DNA of 64,000 nt from Candidatus Jorgensenbacteria bacterium (GTDB taxonomy: Bacteria; Patescibacteriota; Minisyncoccia; UBA6257; GWB1-50-10): contig JAUSHK010000002.1 in NCBI GenBank assembly GCA_030648515.1, positions 7,799-71,798 of the forward strand. Reading direction: 5' to 3'. The notes below the pieces were generated by a model. It made no database searches and was not told the DNA's origin. It worked only from the letters and a program-made list of their open reading frames with translations. A program made the position numbers and the translations under genes. How positions within the stretch are numbered: position 1 is the first letter of the stretch; every line of letters starts with the position of its first letter. Of this stretch, positions 37,718 to 49,442 are shown piece by piece.

Positions 37718-39172
37718 TTATTTATCCAAGTCAAGAATCTCGTCAATACGAATTTTGTCCACAAATTCTTTTACATGGGAAACGAGTATCATCGCGCCTT
37801 CATATTTATTCAAGGCCTCGGCAATGATTGGAATGTGACGAAAATTAATATGGTTCGTCGGTTCATCTAAAATAAGAAGCCCGGGACGTAGAAGTACGAT
37901 TTTTGCAAACGCAACGAGCCCCTTCTGCCCTTCTGACAGATTTCCGATTTTTGCATTCATCATCTCTGGATCAATCAAAAATCCGGCGGCAATTCCGCGC
38001 ATATCCACTTCGCTCTTTTCACCTGAAACGGCTATAAGTGAGTCGCGCACAGTATCCTCAAAATTAAGCATTGAAAAGTCCTGTTTGTAATAACTAAAAC
38101 GGACACTGGGAGCGATAATAACGCTTTTGGGATCTCTCTCAGCTATCATTTCAAGAAGCGTTGATTTGCCTATTCCATTCGGCCCGCGCAAAAGAAGATG
38201 CATCCTCCTCTTAAGCGAAATATTCGCCTTATGCGTAACCGCCTTGTGATGCTTAATCACCTTAAACGACGTGATTTTTATAATCTCATCAACGAGCTCT
38301 GGCTGGGATGGAATAATAAAAGAACGAATCGCTTTATCTTCCTTTCTAACATCAACTTTCGCTTCTTCAAGTTCTTCCGCTCTCTCGCGCATGCGGCGCG
38401 CGACAAGGCGCATCTGCCCTCCCTTATGCGCAAAAAAATTCGCCTTATCTTTGTTTTCCTGTATCTCCTTCGCGAGCTTGGCATTTTTCCTATTCTCTTT
38501 TTCTATACGGATTAATATCTCACCAACCACATCGGAATAATTTCCAAAATACTGTTCAATTTTTTTAGTAAAGGAATCGAGATACAAAACACCATCGGTA
38601 AATGAGTTCAAGAAACTGGCGTCGTGAGAAATTACGACAACGGTCTTCTTATAATTTTTTAGAAATTCGGTTAAGTGTTCTATCCCCGCTTTATCTAAAT
38701 TATTCGTCGGCTCGTCAAGAAGTAAAATATCAGGGTCTTGTATAAGTGCGGACGCGAGAAGCAAACGCGCCTGTTGTCCGCCTGAAAATGATTTGATTAT
38801 TCTGTCGTGCGGAACCGGCATGTTAACAACTTCTAGCACGCGATCAATCAACGGGTCTATGTTATAAATTTTCTTTGCAAACCGCTTTTCAAAAAATCCA
38901 CTGACTGTCATGTCCATTTCCTTCCTTGGAATGACCTGCAACGCGGTCGCGATTAGAAGATTTTGTTTTACGTTTATCTTGCCGGATTCAGGCGCGATTG
39001 TGCGCATAATAAGATTAAAAAGCGTGGACTTACCCGAACCGTTCTGCCCCATAAGCGCCACTTTCATCCCATTGCGCACGGAAAAACTCACATCCTCAAA
39101 AATGTGCTTATTGTGCCCGAATTCAAAAGACACGTTATCAAATCTCAAAATTATCTCGTTGTCTGACGACAT
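37718..39172 (-). CDS. ABC-F family ATPase (tandem ABC domains, no TMD)
   Basis: Two complete ABC cassettes (Walker A 'GQNGSGKST' and 'GPNGIGKST', two signature motifs) joined by a charged linker. Confidence 0.9.
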   Translation of the reverse strand: MSSDNEIILRFDNVSFEFGHNKHIFEDVSFSVRNGMKVALMGQNGSGKSTLFNLIMRTIAPESGKINVKQNLLIATALQVIPRKEMDMTVSGFFEKRFAKKIYNIDPLIDRVLEVVNMPVPHDRIIKSFSGGQQARLLLASALIQDPDILLLDEPTNNLDKAGIEHLTEFLKNYKKTVVVISHDASFLNSFTDGVLYLDSFTKKIEQYFGNYSDVVGEILIRIEKENRKNAKLAKEIQENKDKANFFAHKGGQMRLVARRMRERAEELEEAKVDVRKEDKAIRSFIIPSQPELVDEIIKITSFKVIKHHKAVTHKANISLKRRMHLLLRGPNGIGKSTLLEMIAERDPKSVIIAPSVRFSYYKQDFSMLNFEDTVRDSLIAVSGEKSEVDMRGIAAGFLIDPEMMNAKIGNLSEGQKGLVAFAKIVLLRPGLLILDEPTNHINFRHIPIIAEALNKYEGAMILVSHVKEFVDKIRIDEILDLDK

Positions 39173-39346
39173 AAGCTAGAATACTACCCTATTTTCTCAA
39201 AAATGGGAATAGCACTTATTTATTTGCGGTGTCAATTTTAAATTCAAGAAATCAACCGCTGTTCTTAGTTGTTAGTACAAAAATTGCCCCCGGAAAAACG
39301 GGGACAATTTCAAAGCAGTTATTCTCTGAGATAAAACATTATTGCT

Positions 39347-39769
39347 TCACTCGGTTACGGTAACAATACCCTTCATTGATGGGTGGATGCTACAAATGTA
39401 CGAATATGCGCCGGCCTTCGCAAAAGAAAATTCAAAACTGCCGTCCTGTGCCATCATTTGCGACTCGGTTATTCCGTTTATGATAATTTTGTGCAGCGCA
39501 GAATCTTTATTGGTCCAGCGCACCGTGCCGCCGGTTTTTATGCTTACTTCGGCCGGATTAAAGGAAAAGTTCTGAATATTCACCTCCGCAACCGACTCTT
39601 GGATTGTAGCAGTTGAGTTGCTGCCCTGCGCGGCTGTAGAAGCCGCCAAGTTCGCGGGCGCGCTTGCCTGAGGCACCGTCTTATACCCATATCGACTTAT
39701 TCCCGCCTCCATTATTGCAGCGATAATAACAAACCCGACAACCACAAGTACAATGATATTTTTATTCAT
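39347..39769 (-). CDS. cupredoxin (plastocyanin/azurin-like blue copper protein), secreted
   Basis: Type-1 Cu ligands His...'YICSIHPSM' (Cys-His-Met), after an N-terminal signal anchor. Confidence 0.7.
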   Translation of the reverse strand: MNKNIIVLVVVGFVIIAAIMEAGISRYGYKTVPQASAPANLAASTAAQGSNSTATIQESVAEVNIQNFSFNPAEVSIKTGGTVRWTNKDSALHKIIINGITESQMMAQDGSFEFSFAKAGAYSYICSIHPSMKGIVTVTE

Positions 39770-39773
39770 AATG

Positions 39774-40196
39774 TTATTTTAATTTAATGCGGCTATATCG
39801 GCCAGTGATAAAAAACATAGCCGCGGAAAGAATGTAGATAATCGCGAAATGGATAAACAAGAACGTAATTATAAATCTAATCGGATAACCCTCAATGAAA
39901 TACCGAGCCTGTAAAAGAATTGTAATGGCCGCCGAAAAAACCGCGGTCCTCGACCACGCTGACCGGAAATATCGCGCCGAAACAAAGAGCGCAGGGATGC
40001 TCAACAAAAAACCGAAAATCAATTTGTTGCGAAAGTAATAATCAGGAACGCTCCATTCTGGCACAATAGAATGAAGTATATAATCTGCGCCAGCAAAAAG
40101 AGCGATAACAAAAACAAGAATAGCGCCCCAGATAAAATAAAATGTCGGTTTACGCATGGGTTTCGGTTGTTTTCCCGTCAAAGTGTTCCTCCTCAC
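39774..40196 (-). CDS. integral membrane protein
   Basis: Four TM helices. Stop lies 5 nt from the cupredoxin start. Confidence 0.35.
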   Translation of the reverse strand: MRRNTLTGKQPKPMRKPTFYFIWGAILVFVIALFAGADYILHSIVPEWSVPDYYFRNKLIFGFLLSIPALFVSARYFRSAWSRTAVFSAAITILLQARYFIEGYPIRFIITFLFIHFAIIYILSAAMFFITGRYSRIKLK

Positions 40197-40560
40197 CCGC
40201 TTCTGCTTCCTGCTTCGTCGCGTGAATGACTCCGTCGCGATGATTCGCGGGAGAATAAATCGTGTAGAGCTTTAATGGCTCGCTCCCTGATGTGTTGATT
40301 ATATTATGCCGCGATCCCGATGGGACTATGACCGCGCTTCCATCAGTAATCGCATATTCGTTGCCGTCAATCACCGCCTTTCCCATCCCCTTCTCAAACC
40401 TGAAAAACTGGTCAACGTTTTCATGCACCTCGGCGCCAATCTCCTCGTTCGGCTTAAGCGACATCAAAACCAGCTGACTATACTTCGCCGTATAAAGAAC
40501 TTTCCTGAAGTTCTCATTCTCAAGCGTAAGTCTCTCAATATTGTCTGCGTATCCTTTCAT
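40150..40560 (-). CDS. cupin-domain protein
   Basis: Cupin motifs 'G(X)5HXH...' ('EVHENVDQFF') and 'VIVPSGSRHNI'. Confidence 0.6.
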   Translation of the reverse strand: MKGYADNIERLTLENENFRKVLYTAKYSQLVLMSLKPNEEIGAEVHENVDQFFRFEKGMGKAVIDGNEYAITDGSAVIVPSGSRHNIINTSGSEPLKLYTIYSPANHRDGVIHATKQEAEAGEEEHFDGKTTETHA

Positions 40561-40700
40561 AATGCTTAAAATTTTTATTCGTGACCTTTCTATTATTGTA
40601 TCAAAAAAGCGAAACCGGGCCGTTTCTTAGCATAGCTAAGGCGTGCCCGTAAGTGCGGCTTTCTTAAAAACCGCTCATACCCATGATTTGCGTTTTTATA

Positions 40701-41174
40701 TTACAACGTCAAAATCGCGTCATGAATTCTTTTTGCCAGTTTTTGATAGTATTCCTCAACCTGATCAAGCTCAGTGAAAAAGCATGGCTCATATATAAAA
40801 ACCGTACCTTTTCCCTGAAGCATGGCGTTCACCCCGAGTTCCTTTTCCGTATCGGTCCGGAAATCAGTGCGATAAACAACAGCGCGCCCGGTTATCGCAG
40901 TTGCGATGCCGTATTCAACACAGGCTCCGCTATCAGCGTCAGGTCCGTCAGTATTACACACAAAAACGTTCTCACCATCAGCGGAGTTCTTCCGGCAATC
41001 TTCAACAATTCCCTTTACGTTAAAAACTTTCCCATTAAAAAACTTGAGCGCCTCCCGCTGGGGAAGAATTACTTCATATCCCCACGCGGTTAAATGTTTT
41101 TCAAGAAAAAGGTTATGAAGCCTTTCGCCAACATTAAACAAGGGGCCAGCCAGATATATTTTCTTTTTCCCCAT
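40701..41174 (-). CDS. nucleoside 2-deoxyribosyltransferase-like protein
   Basis: 'KIYLAGPLF' N-terminal motif and conserved Glu region of the Nuc_deoxyrib_tr family. Confidence 0.55.
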   Translation of the reverse strand: MGKKKIYLAGPLFNVGERLHNLFLEKHLTAWGYEVILPQREALKFFNGKVFNVKGIVEDCRKNSADGENVFVCNTDGPDADSGACVEYGIATAITGRAVVYRTDFRTDTEKELGVNAMLQGKGTVFIYEPCFFTELDQVEEYYQKLAKRIHDAILTL

Positions 41175-41274
41175 TCATAACTCCTTTTTGTAATGTTTTT
41201 GTAATGTACAGCTAAAAACAAAATAGCACCTTCTTGTGCTATTTATCAACTGGGCTAGACTCTGCCTGTGTTCG

Positions 41275-41505
41275 CTAACCGCTTCCTTTTGTATCCATCC
41301 AGTCAGTCCGCCACATTTTTATTTCTTCTAAAATCTCTTTTGATGGGTTTGCCGCCCACCACGAACCATCATTTTCTTTAAAAAGAAGCACGTCATGAGG
41401 AGAAACTCCCTCAGGCAAACCGATTATTTCGCTTCCCCTAAGCTCCACACGCCACAAACGTGGATTTTTCTTCACTTCCGGCCCTTTTTCAAAGCCGTTG
41501 CTCAT
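41275..41505 (-). CDS. hypothetical protein
   Basis: ORF only. Confidence 0.3.
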   Translation of the reverse strand: MSNGFEKGPEVKKNPRLWRVELRGSEIIGLPEGVSPHDVLLFKENDGSWWAANPSKEILEEIKMWRTDWMDTKGSG

Positions 41506-41576
41506 AAGTCTTTATTATAAACCTTCTGTAAGGTAAACCAAATTGAAGATTATAAACCAACCGATTTACCAAGAAA

Positions 41577-41930
41577 TCAAAAAACCACGCCGGCGACTCC
41601 CCATATCGGAATACTGAGTAAACTCGTGTAACCACCGACGCTTAATCTCTTATACGTCCAGAGGCGCTGATTGAGCGTTTTGTGGTATGTAAGCCCGACG
41701 ATATATTCCAACAAAAATCCCGCCACGCAACTAACAAAAAACAAATAAAGTATTTGCACGCCTATGTAGTGCGCCTGAATAAAAATAAACAGCGTCGGAA
41801 TAAAAAGCGTAGCAATGTACTCACTCCATCTAAACCGCTTTGTTTTGCGCCCGTACAAATATGCGAGATAGAATCCCAAAAGAGATAACGCTATGAAACT
41901 AAGTCCTAATAGAGAAGTTTGTCCGCTCAC
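41577..41930 (-). CDS. integral membrane protein
   Basis: Four TM helices. Confidence 0.35.
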   Translation of the reverse strand: MSGQTSLLGLSFIALSLLGFYLAYLYGRKTKRFRWSEYIATLFIPTLFIFIQAHYIGVQILYLFFVSCVAGFLLEYIVGLTYHKTLNQRLWTYKRLSVGGYTSLLSIPIWGVAGVVF

Positions 41931-42066
41931 TCTTTTATTGTATCAAAACACTGGGCCTTTCTACGGCAAAAATTGCTAAAAACAAACGAGGGAAAATTTC
42001 GTGAAATAAAAAACCGCTGGATTAACAACCATGCGGTTTTTTGATTTTGATGGAATGGTAAATATA

Positions 42067-42363
42067 TCACCTCATCTCAGTGGCTGGAATAGAATCACTA
42101 AGAATAAGTGACTCAACGAGAACTCCTACCTTGGCCATTTTGAGCGCGCCGACGACTTTACGAGCTTGGGGCAAATCTGTCGAACAAACTCGTATGAATG
42201 GGGCGTGAGCCTTCTCCTCGCCACAAGGCCAAACGAACGCACTTACAATAGTCGTTATCGCATTATTCTCAAAACCAAGCTCCTTCATTGCCCCATCAAT
42301 TTTAGTTTTCATCGCTCCAATGTCAGCAGTGACATTAAAACCGTATAACATTATATTCAGCAT
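42067..42363 (-). CDS. hypothetical protein
   Basis: ORF only. Confidence 0.3.
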   Translation of the reverse strand: MLNIMLYGFNVTADIGAMKTKIDGAMKELGFENNAITTIVSAFVWPCGEEKAHAPFIRVCSTDLPQARKVVGALKMAKVGVLVESLILSDSIPATEMR

Positions 42364-42574
42364 CTTCCGCCTCCTTCCTATTTTGTGAATATTGCTACTT
42401 ACTATTTTGTTCTAAAAGCAAAATAGTATATCTCACACTATTCGTCAAGTTTCTCTGATTCTAAAACTATGACTTCGCAATAACGGTCGCGAGTGATGTA
42501 ACGCCCGAAACCGGCAGGCTATCAATGCGGTCGCTAATAGTACTGTTACCATTCGCATCATATCCAAGATCTGC

Positions 42575-43471
42575 TTAATACGCCGAATATGTAACATCGC
42601 CAAGCGCATTCACACCAAACTGAAACGTATCGTTATTGTCGGTAACGCCCTTTGTCTTAATAGTCAGATATCTCCACGAGCCGCTGTTTATTAAACGATT
42701 CGTCTCGCTAATGCCGGAAATGATAAATAAAACCGTTGGGGATGCTCCGGTCGTTCCAGTAACCGCGTCTCCGTATAAAACGGACGCATCTGCCGATGAC
42801 CCGCCACCTATTGAAACAAAGAGAGAAAAACTAAGCGAAGTTGTCGCGACGCCGCCTTTTGAAAACTTGAGCGACGAGAGATAGACCGCTGAATCGCCAC
42901 TGTTCGTGACTTTAAAAACTCCTACCGTAACACCGGAACCCGTGCCGACTATTGGCGTCGGAGCTCCAAAGACGGGCGACACAGCTTCAATGACAACGCC
43001 CGGCAATGATTGCTGAGTCGTAGTAGAAGTTGCTGTTGAAGTTGCCACGGAAACCGGAACGGACACTTGTGTTGAAGTCACGCTCTGTTGCTCAAGTAGC
43101 GAAAGCTGCTTCTGAAGCTCCCGAACTTGTTTTAAAAGCGCATTAATTTGTTCGGTTAAATTTTTAGGAGTAGAAGTTGCTGGCGCTAACTTGCTATTTG
43201 CAGCTGCTCTTGTCTTGGGACCAAAATATCCGGCAACCGGCACGATTCCCTCTTTTTCCTGAAAGCTTTTCACAGCTTCCAGTGTGAGTGAAAAAAAATT
43301 GCCGGTAACGGGCCCGGAGTATGTGCCTTCCTTGGTGAGAAATTTCTGAAGTTCTGTTACTGCGTCTCCCCGCGAGCCGTAGAACAAATTGTTTTCAAAA
43401 GCTCCGAACGTAACGGCTGGTAAAAATAATGCAACAACCAAAATTGTGGAAATAAATAGTTTTGACTTCAT
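42575..43471 (-). CDS. secreted protein with a peptidoglycan-binding-like domain and a Ser/Thr-rich region
   Basis: Start taken at the signal peptide 'MKSKLFISTILVVALFLPAV'. 'GDAVTELQKFLTKEG...' resembles PG_binding_1. T/S-rich linker. Confidence 0.45.
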   Translation of the reverse strand: MKSKLFISTILVVALFLPAVTFGAFENNLFYGSRGDAVTELQKFLTKEGTYSGPVTGNFFSLTLEAVKSFQEKEGIVPVAGYFGPKTRAAANSKLAPATSTPKNLTEQINALLKQVRELQKQLSLLEQQSVTSTQVSVPVSVATSTATSTTTQQSLPGVVIEAVSPVFGAPTPIVGTGSGVTVGVFKVTNSGDSAVYLSSLKFSKGGVATTSLSFSLFVSIGGGSSADASVLYGDAVTGTTGASPTVLFIISGISETNRLINSGSWRYLTIKTKGVTDNNDTFQFGVNALGDVTYSAY

Positions 43472-43540
43472 ATAATAATTAAAGCTTAAAGCGCGCAAAA
43501 ATAAAGTTTTTGTTATGCACTCTTCCATTCTCACTGTTTT

Positions 43541-45343
<1,803 letters not shown>

Positions 45344-45430
45344 AGCCCAGCGCCTCAGAACTTGCTGGTAATTCCGAAATCATGCATAATTATATAAAGG
45401 TCTAACCCAAATGGATTAATAAACAATCGT

Positions 45431-45688
45431 ATGGAGCAAAAAAGCAATTCTGCGTTTATGAAGCCGCTGAACGTCAGCGCGGAGCTGGCGGCAATAGTGG
45501 GCAAGGGTCCTATGCCAAGGTCAGATGTCGTCAAGAAGCTCTGGGAGTACATCAAGGGACATAACCTCCAGGATCCGACGAACAAGCGGAACATCAATGC
45601 CGATGAGAGTTTGAAAAAGGTGTTTGGCGGAAAAGCGGTCGTCAATATGTTTGAAATGACAAAGCTCGTTTCAAAACATCTCTCTTAA
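45431..45688 (+). CDS. SWIB/MDM2-domain protein
   Basis: 'SRTEVVKKLWEYIKGHNLQDPTNKRNINADESLKKVFG...MFEM' closely matches the SWIB consensus. Confidence 0.75.
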   Translation: MEQKSNSAFMKPLNVSAELAAIVGKGPMPRSDVVKKLWEYIKGHNLQDPTNKRNINADESLKKVFGGKAVVNMFEMTKLVSKHLS

Positions 45689-45707
45689 TAACTTAAGCTA
45701 TATAAAA

Positions 45708-45730
45708 ACACCCCGCGAAATGCGGGGTGT
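45708..45730. terminator. bidirectional rho-independent terminator
   Basis: 9-bp stem 'acaccccgc/gcggggtgt' flanked by an A5 run and a T5 run. Sits between convergent SWIB and csp genes. Confidence 0.6.
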
Positions 45731-45744
45731 TTTTATATTGGCGC

Positions 45745-45942
45745 TTATGCGCGCGACACGTTTGTGGCGTTCGGGCCCTTTTCTCCATTAACGACTTCAA
45801 AAGTGACTTTGTCGCCAACTTTTAATTCGTCAAATGTCACTCCCTTCAATTCTTTTGAGTGAAAGAAAAGATCCTTCGTCTCACCTTCACGGGAAATGAA
45901 TCCAAATCCCCTGTCAGTGAGCGTCTTTATTGTTCCGTTCAT
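45745..45942 (-). CDS. cspA: cold-shock protein (CspA family)
   Basis: 'GTIKTLTDRGFGFI' RNP1 and 'FFHSKEL' RNP2. Confidence 0.9.
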   Translation of the reverse strand: MNGTIKTLTDRGFGFISREGETKDLFFHSKELKGVTFDELKVGDKVTFEVVNGEKGPNATNVSRA

Positions 45943-46053
45943 TTGTTTATTTTTTTATCCTAGAAACCCGACCTCGTTTCTTAGTTGCTTAGTTATTTAC
46001 TTTATACCACTGCATCATATCAAGAAAACAAAATTCTGTCAAACGTTGCTTCA

Positions 46054-47307
46054 TTATGCACTATTTCCCGCCACAAATCCAGTCGTCCAGCACAGTTGAA
46101 GGCTATATCCTCCCGACGGACGATTAACATTGAGCGCATCGCCGATAACGTATACCTGCGGCACAATGCGCGATTGCATTGTTTTAAAATTTATCTCTTC
46201 AAGCGCGACGCCCCCTGAAGACACAATCGCCTTGTCCGCCCCCAGTAATCCCTTCACATACATCGGGATTGTTTTCATGAATGCAACAAGTTTTATTCTG
46301 TCTTCGCGCCGTACACTATGATTTGCTGTTTCGCCGTCTATCCCGGCCATTGCGAGTATCGCGGGAACAAACGCTGACGGAATAAGCTCGCCTAACACGT
46401 TCTTCAATTTCTTATTGCTCTCTGTTATAAGAATATTCTGAAGGTTTTGCTTGAGCGTGCCATTATCAAGTTTTGGAAACAAATCCAGCATAATAACCAC
46501 ATCTCCATACGCTATTAATTCCCCGACATCTTTGCTCATATTTAAAACCGTGGGCCCGCTGATTCCAAAATGAGTGAATAGCAGTTTTCCTTTTTGGGCG
46601 TCATGTTTTTTCCCGTCCTGCAATATGGTGAGTTTGATATCGTTCAGCGTTACCCCTGATAATTTTTTTACCCACACGTCTTGTATTGCGATAGGAACGA
46701 GGGCAAAATTATTTTTTACGATTGCATGCCCAATTTTTTTAAGCCACGAGAATCCCTCTCCTGTTGACCCCGTCTCCGGATGCGAGGTGCCGCCCGTTGC
46801 GACAACGCATGACCGCGCCGTGAGTATTTCTCCTCCTTTGAGTTGAAGCGTAATCTGTTCTTTCTTTTTATCAAAAGAAAAATCGGCGACTGCTGCGTTT
46901 ACTTTTACCTTCACCCCGCCAGTATTCATATATTTCACTAACACGTCCAAAACTGTCCGCGATTTATTTGAAGAAGGGAAAATTCTTCCCTCCGCCTCTT
47001 CTTTTGTCGCCATGCCACGGCTATTAAAAAAATCAAGAGTTTTTACAACATCAAATTGCGAGAACGCGGACATAAGAAATTGGGAACTTCCCTTGTATTG
47101 CGCGGCTATCGTGCGAATATCCCGCTTGTTATTCGTCACATTGCATCGCCCTCCGCCCGTCATAAGCAGTTTCTTACCGAGTGTTGGATTTTTTTCAAGC
47201 AACAAAACAGAACGGCCCAATTCAGCCGCCCGTCCGGCCGCCATCATTCCAGCGGGTCCGCCACCAATAACAACAACGTCCCACGTATGATTTTCCTTGT
47301 TATTCAT
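46054..47307 (-). CDS. HI0933-like FAD-dependent flavoprotein (aminoacetone oxidase family)
   Basis: 'VVVIGGGPAGMMAAGRAAELG' dinucleotide-binding motif and HI0933-family architecture. Confidence 0.8.
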   Translation of the reverse strand: MNNKENHTWDVVVIGGGPAGMMAAGRAAELGRSVLLLEKNPTLGKKLLMTGGGRCNVTNNKRDIRTIAAQYKGSSQFLMSAFSQFDVVKTLDFFNSRGMATKEEAEGRIFPSSNKSRTVLDVLVKYMNTGGVKVKVNAAVADFSFDKKKEQITLQLKGGEILTARSCVVATGGTSHPETGSTGEGFSWLKKIGHAIVKNNFALVPIAIQDVWVKKLSGVTLNDIKLTILQDGKKHDAQKGKLLFTHFGISGPTVLNMSKDVGELIAYGDVVIMLDLFPKLDNGTLKQNLQNILITESNKKLKNVLGELIPSAFVPAILAMAGIDGETANHSVRREDRIKLVAFMKTIPMYVKGLLGADKAIVSSGGVALEEINFKTMQSRIVPQVYVIGDALNVNRPSGGYSLQLCWTTGFVAGNSA

Positions 47308-47422
47308 TGTTTAAAAACATCAATAATAAACACCTCTATTTTGTTGTGTATGGTAATACTATATTAATATACAGGTTTATTCCTTCAACTTGGCTCCGCC
47401 TAATAAGACATTAGAACCTGTT

Positions 47423-47590
47423 TTAGTTAGAAGTTTTCTTTTTGCTCTTTATAATACCCACAATGCCGATAATAGCTACCAGGAGTCCGAGCAATTGCCC
47501 CCCAGGACTATCATCAATTTCACCATACACAAACATAAATGCCCCGAATAATATTGCGAGAAAGGAGTATATTACTCTACTTTTGTTCAT
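47423..47590 (-). CDS. possible small membrane peptide (55 aa), below the track cutoff
   Basis: 'MNKSRVIYSFLAILFGAFMFVYGEIDDSPGGQLLGLLVAIIGIVGIIKSKKKTSN'. Two hydrophobic helices with a Lys-rich C-terminus. Confidence 0.25.
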   Translation of the reverse strand: MNKSRVIYSFLAILFGAFMFVYGEIDDSPGGQLLGLLVAIIGIVGIIKSKKKTSN

Positions 47591-47666
47591 ATAAAAATAT
47601 TATCACACCGTGAGGGAGTTGGTGAGGGAAATAAATATTGACGGATGAATTTAAATACAGTCGGGC

Positions 47667-48017
47667 TTACTCCTGCAACCCCAAACTACTTTCCAACTTA
47701 TCCATTTCCGCATCAATCGCTTTCAAAAGTTCGTCTTTCCCCTCATTAAACGCCTGCTCTCTGGCATGTTCAAAATTCTCAACCGCCGAATCAGTAAAGC
47801 CAGCCTTAAAATACATTCTTGCCCATTTAAGATTGAGTTCAATTCCCGCGGTAGGCATACCTGACTCAACAACCCATTTTTCAAGCCTGTCCGCCCACGC
47901 ATTGAGAATCTTTTTGGTTTCTGAATCTTCTATTCCCTTTTCTTTAAGCATGACGACGAGACGCTCCTCCATACTCTCTAAACTCTCTTCGCTTTCAAAT
48001 GAGGGCATTTCTTTCAT
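47667..48017 (-). CDS. hypothetical acidic helical protein
   Basis: ORF only. Confidence 0.3.
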   Translation of the reverse strand: MKEMPSFESEESLESMEERLVVMLKEKGIEDSETKKILNAWADRLEKWVVESGMPTAGIELNLKWARMYFKAGFTDSAVENFEHAREQAFNEGKDELLKAIDAEMDKLESSLGLQE

Positions 48018-48048
48018 ACGTTAATTGTATCAAAACTGCTTAATGAAA

Positions 48049-48077
48049 AATCCCCATCCTTATTAAGGATGGGGATT
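48049..48077. terminator. bidirectional rho-independent terminator
   Basis: 11-bp perfect stem 'aatccccatcc/ggatggggatt' flanked by an A5 run and a T-rich run. Confidence 0.55.
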
Positions 48078-48100
48078 TTATGTTTTTTGCTAACCATTAC

Positions 48101-48295
48101 TCACTGGCGCGTATTGTAATCCTCAACCTGCACTGTCGCCGGAAAATTTTTATACACGTTATCAACTCCCCAGCAGATATAAAGCGCCATCTCAATTATG
48201 GTCGGCAGAATCAGACAACAAAGAACGAGTATCGCCCAGGGATTCAACCCAACTCTGTCTTCCAGTTTTCTTCTTTGAACTGTTTTCTTTTTCAT
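48101..48295 (-). CDS. small membrane protein
   Basis: Basic N-terminus followed by a TM helix. Confidence 0.3.
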   Translation of the reverse strand: MKKKTVQRRKLEDRVGLNPWAILVLCCLILPTIIEMALYICWGVDNVYKNFPATVQVEDYNTRQ

Positions 48296-48520
48296 TACTA
48301 ATACTCCCCCTGTATTCTCTTTTAAATGGGCTCTGTTTGACCCAATTAGTTATCTAATTGCTGTTGTTAATGCTAGCATATATACAACTATTTGTCAATA
48401 GAACGTTTCTGCCGAAAGTGAAAAATTGTGCTCCGCGAGTTAGACGCTGTTCGAACCGCTATTCAGGCGATAAATGGCAATCCGTTCAAAGTGGTACATA
48501 GCTGGTAAGTTAATATCTAA

Positions 48521-49246
48521 CTAAATTTCGCCTCTAAAACGTTTTAATGCCCAATACAGTGGGATAAGAAGTCGTTTGTGTTCTGGAAAGATTTTATGTA
48601 AAACCACATATTTATTGGCATCATTATAAGTTAATACCACTTCATCAAAAGTAATTTTTTCTTGTATCTTTGACAAGGAGATTGCTAACTTAGAAAAGTT
48701 AAAATCATTCTTGTTATATGGCTCTGCTGGTTGAAGTATCACTGAAAGTATAGTCCCCTTCATATTGCCGTAATGAGAAAAAATATCCTCAATCCACTTT
48801 AAAAATATCTCGTTTGTATGAGCCATGTATTCCTGAGGATATCGTTTAATTTGAAAAGCAAGACTCTTGCTTTTTGATTTTATCAAACAATCTATATGTG
48901 TTGCATTCTCAAAACCCAAAACCAAATCCTCATATGATTTTACATTCTTCGGGTCTACGTTTCTTCTCATTGCAAAGCAAATCTCTGTTTCATTATTGGG
49001 AAAATAAAAGTCTGATAGTTGTAGGGCCTTAATTATCTCTACATTCTCGGTTCTGTGTGTAAATGATTTACTTTCGGCATTGACAGCATTGATCACTTCT
49101 CCAGCTCCATCATTAAGCTGTTTAGCTATTTCTCCTCGATTAAGCTTTTCTAAGCATTTATAAAAGAGATTACGCACAAAATTTCTCCTAGATAAACCGA
49201 GAAGATCTCGCAGGCCTCTCCTTGAAATACAAAATTGATTTTCCAT
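48521..49246 (-). CDS. hypothetical protein (third gene of the KAP NTPase operon)
   Basis: Lower-GC ORF. Start taken at 'MENQFCIS', 4 nt after the stop of the upstream small gene. Confidence 0.35.
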   Translation of the reverse strand: MENQFCISRRGLRDLLGLSRRNFVRNLFYKCLEKLNRGEIAKQLNDGAGEVINAVNAESKSFTHRTENVEIIKALQLSDFYFPNNETEICFAMRRNVDPKNVKSYEDLVLGFENATHIDCLIKSKSKSLAFQIKRYPQEYMAHTNEIFLKWIEDIFSHYGNMKGTILSVILQPAEPYNKNDFNFSKLAISLSKIQEKITFDEVVLTYNDANKYVVLHKIFPEHKRLLIPLYWALKRFRGEI

Positions 49247-49250
49247 AGGT

Positions 49251-49442
49251 TTAATAGTGCCACACGCCGATACCCCGCAGAAATGCGCCCACAAGCGGGT
49301 AAGAAGCTATAGAAATAAGGGCTATGATCGTATCGTCCAAGATTGAATTTCCAAAAAAGTGAAACAGGATCAAGAAAATCGCTATCGAGAAAAGCTTATT
49401 AAGAATGGATCCGAGATCTTGGTGAAAAGAACGCTTCCTCAT
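49251..49442 (-). CDS. small membrane protein (63 aa), translationally coupled to the KAP NTPase
   Basis: Its ATG overlaps the KAP TGA stop as ATGA. Two hydrophobic helices. Confidence 0.35.
   Translation of the reverse strand: MRKRSFHQDLGSILNKLFSIAIFLILFHFFGNSILDDTIIALISIASYPLVGAFLRGIGVWHY

Noticed and set aside
48296-48520. Direct repeat of the tRNA-Asn 3' end marking the left island border
   Set aside because: No convincing copy was found by eye. Serine recombinases leave only a 2-bp crossover, so the absence does not argue against the island.
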